This document shows, one piece after another, positions 8,716-15,876 of a stretch of DNA of 38,939 nt (its first letter is position 1; each line of letters starts with the position of its first letter). Origin of the DNA: Akkermansia sp. (GTDB lineage: Bacteria; Verrucomicrobiota; Verrucomicrobiia; Verrucomicrobiales; Akkermansiaceae); assembly GCA_017628435.1 (NCBI GenBank), contig JAGBZE010000180.1:1-38939 (forward strand). Reading direction: 5' to 3'. Made by a program: the position numbers and the translations under genes. Under the pieces are notes generated by a model that searched no databases, had not been told where the DNA came from, and saw only the letters and a program-made list of their open reading frames with translations.

Positions 8716-9414
8716 TTACCAGAGGTGAGGAAGATTCAGTTTAATAGCACAGATGCCCATAATCAGATTTGCCACGGCGTGCATCACGATAACAGGTGTA
8801 AGCCGCTTCGTGTAAACCACCAGCGCATACGCCAGAGAACCATACACAAACGCCCCGGCATAATCCACAGGGCGATGCACCAGCATGAACGCCACCGTCA
8901 CCACAGCATAGCCCAGCCAGCTACCCTGCCCCAGCGGCACGTTCTGCGGAAAATCACGGTCTACGCACCAGCGCATCAGATACCCGCGCCAGAAGAATTC
9001 CTCCACCAGCGCCACAATAATCACAGCCCGGGCAAAGCGGAACGCATATTCCACCCAGATAGCCACCTGATTATCACCGAACACGGCGGCGGGCTCAAAC
9101 CCCGGCTCCGCAGGAATCCAGCCCGTCACATACGGCACCAGCCAGAATCCGATACCCACCACACCTGCCAGAGCCCCCTGCAGACAGGGCTTCAGCTTCC
9201 AATCCCACTCCACATCTCGCCGCACATACCACAAATACCCACCGCACACCAGCACCTGCAGCGGGTAAATCCACATCTCCGGCGCACGCCGATACCACCC
9301 CACGCTAGGATGATCCCACGCCCACGAGCCCTCTACCACCCAGAGCAGCAGGTTCAGCCCCAGAAACAGCACAAAAGGCGTTACGTACGTGCGAAATAAT
9401 CGTTGCTCTGTCAT
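8716..9414 (-). CDS. CAAX prenyl protease-related (CPBP) intramembrane protease, exosortase/PEP-CTERM-associated type
   Basis: VEEFFWRGYLMR, F..VH and HAVAN motifs. N-terminal YVTPFVLF and WIYP resemble the PEP-CTERM-system CAAX subfamily. Confidence 0.85.
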   Translation of the reverse strand: MTEQRLFRTYVTPFVLFLGLNLLLWVVEGSWAWDHPSVGWYRRAPEMWIYPLQVLVCGGYLWYVRRDVEWDWKLKPCLQGALAGVVGIGFWLVPYVTGWIPAEPGFEPAAVFGDNQVAIWVEYAFRFARAVIIVALVEEFFWRGYLMRWCVDRDFPQNVPLGQGSWLGYAVVTVAFMLVHRPVDYAGAFVYGSLAYALVVYTKRLTPVIVMHAVANLIMGICAIKLNLPHLW

Positions 9415-9419
9415 CTGGG

Positions 9420-9448
9420 CAAAAAGTCCGGCGGGCTTTCGCCCGCCG
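9420..9448 (-). terminator. Intrinsic terminator after the aminotransferase
   Basis: Minus strand CGGCGGGC-GAAA-GCCCGCCG followed by GACTTTTT. Confidence 0.75.
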
Positions 9449-9456
9449 ATGTAGGA

Positions 9457-10635
9457 TTACTTTCTCAGTGAATCGCAGAAGCGCGCCATCTTATCGCAGG
9501 CTTGCTCAAGAAGATTCTGAGCGGTAGCGTAGCAGCAGCGCAGGTACCCCTCGCCACAGGCGCCGAAAGCCGTACCGGGTACGGCGGCCACCTTATGCTC
9601 CATCAGGAGACGCAGGGCGAATTCCTTGGAAGAAATACCGAAATTCCTGATGCTGGGGAAAGTGTAGAACGCACCGCCCGGCAGGTGGCAATCCATACCC
9701 ATCTCATTGAAACGGCCCACAATGTAGTCGCGGCGCTTGTGATAGCTGTCGCGCATCTCCAGCATGGCCGGAGTACCATTCACGAGAGCCTCGATACCAG
9801 CCTCCTGAGAGGTAATCGTCGGGCAGATCATGGTGTAGGAATGCACCTTCATCATCTGCTCGATGAGTTCCTTCGGTCCGCAGGCATAGCCCAGGCGCAA
9901 GCCGGTCATGGCAAATGCCTTGGAGAAACCATGCAGCAGCAGCGTGCGCTCCTTCATTCCCGGCAGGGCCGCAATGGAAGTATGCTCTTCCTCATCATAG
10001 CGCAGCTCGGAGTAAATCTCATCCGTCAGCACGAATAGGTCGTACTTCACACAGATGGCGGCAATCTCCTCCAGAGTCTTGCGCGGAGCAATGGAACCCG
10101 TGGGATTCGTGGGGAAATTAAGCATCAGCACCTTAGTGCGCGGGGTAATGGCAGCCTCCAGCTTGGCAGGATTCAGAGCAAAGAGGTCGTCAATGCTCGT
10201 CTCCACTGCCTTAGGGGTGCCATAGGCCATCATCACCGTGGGGGCATAGCTCACATAGCAAGGCTCGTGATACAGCACCTCATCACCGGGATTCAGCAGA
10301 CAGCGCAGCGCCAGGTCAATAGCCTCGCTCACGCCCACGGTGGGCAGAATCTCGCACAGCGGGTCATATTCCACATGGAAGAAATCCGCCACATACTTGC
10401 TGATAGCGCGGCGCAGACTCTCCAGGCCGTAGTTACTCGTGTAAGTGGTGTGGCCCTTTTCCAGGGAGGAAATAGCCGCCTCGCGGATATTCCAGGGAGT
10501 CACGAAATCCGGCTCACCCACGCCCAGGGAAATGATATCCTTGCTACCGGTAGCCAGGTCAAAGAACTCACGGATGCCGGAACGCGGCATATCCATGACC
10601 TGTTTGGAAAGCATCTTACTCCAGTCCATAATCAC
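9457..10635 (-). CDS. PLP-dependent aminotransferase class I/II (YugH/AlaT-like)
   Basis: ISLGVGEPDF, NFPTNPTG, DEIY and GFSKAFAMTGLRLG (PLP Lys) motifs. The GTG start overlaps the lrp stop (GTGA); an alternative ATG is at 10629. Confidence 0.92.
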   Translation of the reverse strand: MIMDWSKMLSKQVMDMPRSGIREFFDLATGSKDIISLGVGEPDFVTPWNIREAAISSLEKGHTTYTSNYGLESLRRAISKYVADFFHVEYDPLCEILPTVGVSEAIDLALRCLLNPGDEVLYHEPCYVSYAPTVMMAYGTPKAVETSIDDLFALNPAKLEAAITPRTKVLMLNFPTNPTGSIAPRKTLEEIAAICVKYDLFVLTDEIYSELRYDEEEHTSIAALPGMKERTLLLHGFSKAFAMTGLRLGYACGPKELIEQMMKVHSYTMICPTITSQEAGIEALVNGTPAMLEMRDSYHKRRDYIVGRFNEMGMDCHLPGGAFYTFPSIRNFGISSKEFALRLLMEHKVAAVPGTAFGACGEGYLRCCYATAQNLLEQACDKMARFCDSLRK

Positions 10636-11108
10636 GGAATAACGGTAAGACGTTCAGCCTCGGGCTCCTCAGCATAGAGAAGACCGTTGTTCTTATAGGT
10701 CTTCAGGCGGAAATGCGTAGCCGTGGAAACCACATTCTGCATGCTGGCCAGATTCTCGCTCACAAAGCGGGCAACCTCCAGCAGCGTGGGAGCCTCCACC
10801 ATGACCAGCAGGTCAAAACCGCCGGAAATCAGGTAACAGCTGCGAACTTCCTTGAACCGGGCAATACGAGCGGCCAGACGGTCGAAACCACCGCCGCGCT
10901 CAGGAGAACAGCGCACCTCAATAAAAGCAGAAACGCCCTCCTCATCATCGTTCACAATGGCCTGATAGCCCACGATGCGGCCTGCCTTCTCAAGAGCAGC
11001 TCGCTTGGCGGCCACGGTTGCAACATCCACACCAAGGCGGTCTGCAATCTGCTGGTCGCTCAATCGCGCATCCGCCTCCAATAACTTAAGAAGGGCATCC
11101 TGTGTCAT
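10632..11108 (-). CDS. Lrp/AsnC family transcriptional regulator (YugG-like)
   Basis: N-terminal HTH (LLEADARLSDQQIADRLG...LEKAGRIVGY) and RAM domain (CYLISGGFDLLV, STATHF). Confidence 0.92.
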   Translation of the reverse strand: MTQDALLKLLEADARLSDQQIADRLGVDVATVAAKRAALEKAGRIVGYQAIVNDDEEGVSAFIEVRCSPERGGGFDRLAARIARFKEVRSCYLISGGFDLLVMVEAPTLLEVARFVSENLASMQNVVSTATHFRLKTYKNNGLLYAEEPEAERLTVIP

Positions 11109-11119
11109 AGATACCGCTT

Positions 11120-11147
11120 ATCTTAACACCACACTCTGCCAAGTCAA
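11120..11147 (-). promoter_or_regulatory. sigma70-type promoter of lrp-aminotransferase
   Basis: TTGACT (11147-11142), 16 bp, TAAGAT (11125-11120) with extended TG. ATG follows after 11 nt. Confidence 0.7.
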
Positions 11148-11175
11148 TCTAAAAGCACGTGCGCATGGCATCTTC

Positions 11176-11616
11176 TTAATCCCGGTGATACGGAGACCCG
11201 GCCAGCAGCGTGTGCACACGGTAAATCTGCTCCAGAAGCACCACCAACGCCAGCTCATGCTGCATGGTGTGCCGCCCCAGGCAGAGCACGTGATCACAAG
11301 CAGCGCGGAGAGCCGGGGTATGCCCATCCGCAGCTCCGATGAGAAAAGCCACATGCTTCACGCTCTGCAACTGCCAGCGGCGCACCCGGCTCTCGAACTC
11401 GCGCGTGGTCCAATTCTCCCCACGCTCATCCATGGCAATGCGCAGACACCCCTCACTAGCCTCCAGCAGGCGTGCAGAAACTGACTCCGAATCACCGGCC
11501 TTCACATAGCGAAGTTCCACCTTACCGAGAGGGCGGAGGCGGTCTTCAAAAAACTTAACACCATCACGAGCATAGGCGATAGAAGGTTTTGCTGCTGCAA
11601 TAATGCGAAAATCCAT
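11176..11616 (-). CDS. rlmH: 23S rRNA (pseudouridine1915-N3)-methyltransferase
   Basis: [13 protein letters not shown] and [32 protein letters not shown] signature. Start placed at ATG 11616. Confidence 0.93.
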   Translation of the reverse strand: MDFRIIAAAKPSIAYARDGVKFFEDRLRPLGKVELRYVKAGDSESVSARLLEASEGCLRIAMDERGENWTTREFESRVRRWQLQSVKHVAFLIGAADGHTPALRAACDHVLCLGRHTMQHELALVVLLEQIYRVHTLLAGSPYHRD

Positions 11617-11626
11617 GGCTGTCACC

Positions 11627-11655
11627 ACAGTACAACACATACTCAGCCGGGTCAA
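11627..11655 (-). promoter_or_regulatory. sigma70-type promoter of rlmH
   Basis: TTGACC (11655-11650), 17 bp, TACTGT (11632-11627). ATG follows after 10 nt. Confidence 0.6.
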
Positions 11656-11776
11656 TCCTTCTCCCGGGCGATGACGTGAGAAAACAAGCTACGCACAAGG
11701 AAGAGAAAAAGCTTCATCACTGAAATACAAACATTTACAAAACATATTACATACCTTTGCAGAAAAGGGCTTTTAC

Positions 11777-11805
11777 TTGACAGCACGCTTGATTGAGCAT
11801 AAAAT
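11777..11805 (+). promoter_or_regulatory. sigma70-type promoter
   Basis: TTGACA (11777-11782), 17 bp, TAAAAT (11800-11805). ATG follows after 9 nt. Confidence 0.8.
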
Positions 11806-11814
11806 AAACCTGCT

Positions 11815-12249
11815 ATGTTCCTTCCTATCCCTATCGGGTATTTTGTTGCCGTTTTTCTCATGGTCAGCGGCGTGCTGAACTGTGTGGAGTTTCTGAAAAC
11901 CCATGAGGAATTCAGCTCCCGAGCGGAAATGTTGAACGGATTGGCATGCAGCGGATGGGGCATCATCGCGGCCTCGGTCATTCTTCTGCTCATTCAAATT
12001 AACAAACAGCTGGAAAGCATCCGCTTCGCTGCCGCAGACACCACCCCCACACCCTTTAAAATAAAGAAGCCGAAGTTGACACAAGCCGCAAAACCCACCA
12101 GTACCGCACCCCAGAGCATGGTGCGCCAGATATACCCTAATTCCCCCATTCCCGGAGGGAACAGAGCTCCCCAGGCTCCCGTTGCGCCGCCCATTCCGCA
12201 GCCCGAAAAATCAGAACCAGGAAAGCTGAATTATTTCAAGGTTGACTAA
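11815..12249 (+). CDS. Hypothetical membrane protein (2 TM plus Pro-rich tail)
   Basis: 144-aa ORF with two hydrophobic helices and a Pro/Lys-rich C-terminus, directly behind a near-consensus promoter. Confidence 0.7.
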   Translation: MFLPIPIGYFVAVFLMVSGVLNCVEFLKTHEEFSSRAEMLNGLACSGWGIIAASVILLLIQINKQLESIRFAAADTTPTPFKIKKPKLTQAAKPTSTAPQSMVRQIYPNSPIPGGNRAPQAPVAPPIPQPEKSEPGKLNYFKVD

Positions 12250-12262
12250 AATCACCGACAAC

Positions 12263-13228
12263 ATGGCGGACACCTCACAGGCAAAGGCTATCCTGGCTCA
12301 ACTCATTCAGCAACACACTGGTGCAGTTGTACAGCCGGATACACTGCAGCAGGTCAGCGCCGGCGCCAGCGGACGCAGCATCATGCGCGCAGCCGGGGTG
12401 CTGGGCATTCACTGGACCAGCCAGCGGGCGGATAACAACTCCTTTCTCCCCGCAGCCAGAGGCCTGGCAGCCGCGGGGCTCCGCGTACCCACCATTCTGG
12501 CCGCAATTGCCCTGCCGGACGACTGCGGCGCATGCCTGGTGGAAGACCTGGGTGAGGTCGACATTCTGAGCCTGCGCCAGGCCCCTTGGGCAGAGCGTCG
12601 CGCCGCCTACGAGCAGGCATTCCACACCCTCATCCCCTTCTACCGCCAGACTCCGGACTGGCCGCTTCAGCCCCCTTTTGATGCCGGTCTCTACCGCTGG
12701 GAGCAGGAATACTTTGCCGAGCATCTCATAGGCCGCCATCTGGGCGGCGATACCGCCGCTTTCCTGGCCCAGCCGGAGCTGCAGGCAATGGCCGACTGGC
12801 TTGCCGGGCTGCCCCGCGTGCCCGTGCACCGCGACTGCCAGAGCCAGAATATCATGCTGAAGGATGGCCAGGCCTGGCTCATCGATTTCCAGGGCATGCG
12901 CTATGGGCGCAAGGAGTATGACCTGGCCTCCCTGCTGTATGACCCGTACATGAAATTGAGTAAAGCCGAGCGGGACGAGCTATTGCAGCTCTGGCAGCAG
13001 ATGGATGCAGCACCGCTCCCGGCAGATGTATACGCAGCCTGCGCCATGCAGCGGCTCATGCAGGCCTTGGGCGCCTTTGCCAACATTGGCTACAACCAGC
13101 AGCGCAGCTGGTATCTCGACCTTATTCCCACCGGCCTGGCCGCCCTGCGCCACGCCGCTGCCCACACCCCGGCTCATTCACCCGCAAGCCCCGCCGCCGC
13201 ATGCATCCTAAAACTTCTCGACACGTAA
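12263..13228 (+). CDS. APH-family phosphotransferase, AmgK-like anomeric MurNAc/GlcNAc kinase candidate
   Basis: AGASGRS, LVEDLG, VHRDCQSQNIM, IDFQG and YDLASLLYDPY motifs match the AmgK-type pattern. ATG at 12263 chosen. Confidence 0.8.
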   Translation: MADTSQAKAILAQLIQQHTGAVVQPDTLQQVSAGASGRSIMRAAGVLGIHWTSQRADNNSFLPAARGLAAAGLRVPTILAAIALPDDCGACLVEDLGEVDILSLRQAPWAERRAAYEQAFHTLIPFYRQTPDWPLQPPFDAGLYRWEQEYFAEHLIGRHLGGDTAAFLAQPELQAMADWLAGLPRVPVHRDCQSQNIMLKDGQAWLIDFQGMRYGRKEYDLASLLYDPYMKLSKAERDELLQLWQQMDAAPLPADVYAACAMQRLMQALGAFANIGYNQQRSWYLDLIPTGLAALRHAAAHTPAHSPASPAAACILKLLDT

Positions 13229-14556
13229 GCTTCCTGGCCGTTCTTTTCTGGCTGACCGTACTGGCAGGCTGCTGGTATGGGCTGCAGAACACACTGTACA
13301 GCGTGGACCAATGGCTGTTCAACCGGCTGGGGCACGTGGTGTGCCACTGGGCGCCCGCGGATTTCCCGCAGCTTCTGCGTCCGGGACAGGCCGTGCAGAT
13401 GGAACCGGTGGTCACCCAGACCCGCCTGCGCGAATGCCCCACCGTGGGCATGGTGGAGCTGAATGAGAAAGCCTGCGAGGCCGCCTTTGCTGCCCTGCCC
13501 CTGGGCCCGCAGGACACCGCCGTTCTCCTCAATAAGCTCAAACAGGGCGGCGCCACCACTGTGGGGCTTTCCTCCCCCCTCATCTGGCAGGGCGAACAGG
13601 GCGAAATGGTGCGCGAGATGCTTTGCCGCGTGCTGGCCGGATTCCCCCACTCTGCCGTGGGTCTGCGCGGGCGCACCGCCGCCCAGCCGGATTTCACTCC
13701 GGCCATGCTGCGTAATGCTTCCATCCCGCCAGAGAACATCGAGGGCAACCCGAGCGGGCTCCCCATTGCCAACCGTCCCCTGCCCAACGGCCTGACCGAA
13801 ACGCCGGATGCCCTGGCCGTAGTCTGGGCTCCGGACTGGCTGGAGGGCGAACCGCACACGCAGAATCCCTCTGCGGTGGACAGCATCTCCTTCCCCCTGC
13901 TCATGCGCTGGAATGGCGAAACCATCCCCACCCTGCCCCTGCGCCTGGCGCTCTCCCGCCTCGGTCTGGATGGCAAGGACGTAAAGGTGAAACTGGGCAA
14001 GGAAATCAGCTTCGGCGGCTTTACCCTCCCCATTGATGACAACGCCCGCACCCGCCTGACCGAAGCCAAGGTAGTCACCATTCCCCTGGCAGAGGTGGTA
14101 AGCGGCATTGACCTGACAGAAAAACTGGGCGAGAATCCCTGCATCATGCTGGAGCAGCCTGCCGAGGGGCAGAACACGCCCCTGCGCCTGGAACGCCTGG
14201 CCCGCACCCTTTCCCAAATGGCCGGGGTGGAGCGCATCCTCACCCACACCAGTGAGCGCCCCTGCGGCGGCCATGTGCTGCAGCAGCTTCCCATCCTCAC
14301 CAGCTGGCAGCAGCTCACCACAGCCTGCGTTACCCTGCTCTTCTTCCTCTGGGTCATGCCCTTTGTTCCCGGGCTGCTGCGCTGGCTCATTCTGCTGTGC
14401 ATGCCGGTCGGTATCCTCTGGTTCGCTGCAGAAGCAGTGCAGCGCAACCTGTGGTTCACCACCGCCCCCATTCTTATCTGGTGGCTCCTTCTCGCCACCG
14501 TCTTCCTCTTCCACCGCACCTACGATAAAGGCCTCTTCGGCAAACGCCGCAAATAA
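13201..14556 (+). CDS. Membrane protein with a CHASE2-like periplasmic domain and three C-terminal TMs
   Basis: N-terminal TM followed by VDQWLF. PQDTAVLLNKLKQGGATTVGL, FPLLMRWNGETIPTLPLRLA and LPID resemble CHASE2. Three TMs follow and the protein ends. Confidence 0.6.
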   Translation: MHPKTSRHVSFLAVLFWLTVLAGCWYGLQNTLYSVDQWLFNRLGHVVCHWAPADFPQLLRPGQAVQMEPVVTQTRLRECPTVGMVELNEKACEAAFAALPLGPQDTAVLLNKLKQGGATTVGLSSPLIWQGEQGEMVREMLCRVLAGFPHSAVGLRGRTAAQPDFTPAMLRNASIPPENIEGNPSGLPIANRPLPNGLTETPDALAVVWAPDWLEGEPHTQNPSAVDSISFPLLMRWNGETIPTLPLRLALSRLGLDGKDVKVKLGKEISFGGFTLPIDDNARTRLTEAKVVTIPLAEVVSGIDLTEKLGENPCIMLEQPAEGQNTPLRLERLARTLSQMAGVERILTHTSERPCGGHVLQQLPILTSWQQLTTACVTLLFFLWVMPFVPGLLRWLILLCMPVGILWFAAEAVQRNLWFTTAPILIWWLLLATVFLFHRTYDKGLFGKRRK

Positions 14557-14580
14557 TTCTTTTCCCTGTCAACAAATAGC

Positions 14581-14623
14581 AGAAAACCCCGCACCGGTTC
14601 ACCGATGCGGGGTTTCCTTTTCT
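14581..14623. terminator. Bidirectional intrinsic terminator between convergent genes
   Basis: AAACCCCGCA-CCGG-TTCA-CCGA-TGCGGGGTTT stem, with T-tract on + (CCTTTTCT) and on - (TTTTCT). Confidence 0.8.
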
Positions 14624-14638
14624 AATCGTTTAACGCTT

Positions 14639-15376
14639 TTACTTGCGGCGGCGGCGAGCAGCCAGACCACAGAGAGCCAGCAGACTCAGTGTAGCAGTGG
14701 ACGGCTCGGGGATAAGAGCTACTGCCCAATCCTTGGAGCCTGTCTGGGGCACCTCCGTGCAAATCAGCGCACTGGTAATATATTTAGTGTTCAGCACAAT
14801 GCGGTCTACTTTAGTATTGCCGTTGGAACCAAGGCCGACATTGCTATAAACGGTATTTCCCTTGGAATCGTAAACCATCAGACCTCCCGGACCACTCCAG
14901 CTCTCGGTTACGTCCATGACCACAGCAAGGGTAAGGCAGGTGTCACCATTATCGTTAACAAAAGTGGTATTATTGGCTTTCCAGGTATCATATGCAACTG
15001 CGGTTCCATTCGTTCCGGTACCCCACTGGCCAACCAGATTACCGTTGGCCTGGATGTAAAGACCTACGTCAGTATTAGTATCAAATGTAATCAGACTGGT
15101 TTTGTCCGTCAGAGTATCAGCGTTTATATCAGTCTGAATCGCAGAAAGATTCAGTGTGATGGCCACAGCCGTAGAAGCAATCGTGGTGCTAGAGCCATTT
15201 GTGGTATGCTGACCCGAGTGATGGGTATACAGAAGGGTCTCTGTTGTGCCAGTGATAACACCATCAGTCATGGTGAAGCCTCCACGGGACGTAGTGCCGG
15301 TCAGCGTATCGAACTGTACCGGCGCGGCCAGTGCGCTGCCTGCCATGAGCATGAGTGCTGCAAGTGTCTTTTTCAT
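14639..15376 (-). CDS. PEP-CTERM sorting-domain surface protein (Thr/Gly/Asn-rich)
   Basis: Signal peptide MKKTLAALMLMAGSALA. C-terminal IPEPSTATLSLLALCGLAARRRRK. Start ATG at 15376. Confidence 0.93.
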   Translation of the reverse strand: MKKTLAALMLMAGSALAAPVQFDTLTGTTSRGGFTMTDGVITGTTETLLYTHHSGQHTTNGSSTTIASTAVAITLNLSAIQTDINADTLTDKTSLITFDTNTDVGLYIQANGNLVGQWGTGTNGTAVAYDTWKANNTTFVNDNGDTCLTLAVVMDVTESWSGPGGLMVYDSKGNTVYSNVGLGSNGNTKVDRIVLNTKYITSALICTEVPQTGSKDWAVALIPEPSTATLSLLALCGLAARRRRK

Positions 15377-15464
15377 ATTTAGTTTTCTATGTGTTTGTTT
15401 ATGCCTGACGCCAGAGTACTTCCTCGCGCGATGGAACGGTACAATACGCAGGCACGAGCGCAGT

Positions 15465-15663
15465 ATATCGCATTCCAAATGCGATGTGATGAATGTATTT
15501 GTTGTTCTTTGGCCCTTAATTATTTATCTTGCATTGCGCAGGCATTGCTCTGAATAAGGGGCTGTTTTATCGGCCCGATATTTTGCAAGTCAGGACACGC
15601 AATTCTATGAAGAATAATCGATTCCCAACTTTTACACTGTACATCGCATTTGGAATGCGATAT
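15465..15663. repeat. Perfect 23-bp inverted repeats flanking 153 bp (candidate invertible segment)
   Basis: ATATCGCATTCCAAATGCGATGT at 15465-15487 and its exact reverse complement ACATCGCATTTGGAATGCGATAT at 15641-15663. Confidence 0.9.
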
Positions 15664-15809
15664 GCAATTAGAGATAGCAGGAGAGGGTGCAGGGGCTGGC
15701 CGCAGCGAGAAACCATCCCGCCTTGGCCCGCAGAACGCGGACGGCATATGCCTGCGGAGCCAGGCTCCCGGGCTTCAACAAATGAACGAGATGCAGGCAA
15801 TCTGATTGC

Positions 15810-15845
15810 AAAACAAAGGAGGAGCCTCCCTGCGGAAGCCCCTCC
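15810..15845 (-). terminator. Intrinsic terminator of galK-SSS
   Basis: Minus strand GGAGGGGCTTCC-GCAG-GGAGGCTCCTCC followed by TTTGTTTT. Confidence 0.8.
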
Positions 15846-15876
15846 CGAAAAAAACAATCGCCTTCTATCCTGTTCT

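Noticed and set aside
13122-14519. Two long minus-strand ORFs (465 and 446 aa)
   Set aside because: They overlap the plus-strand membrane protein, which has coherent TM topology, operon context and a terminator.
14252-15382. 376-aa plus-strand ORF
   Set aside because: It crosses a terminator and is antisense to the clear PEP-CTERM gene.
15465-15663. Autonomous IS element
   Set aside because: No transposase ORF inside and no evident target-site duplication. Retained only as an invertible-segment or operator candidate.
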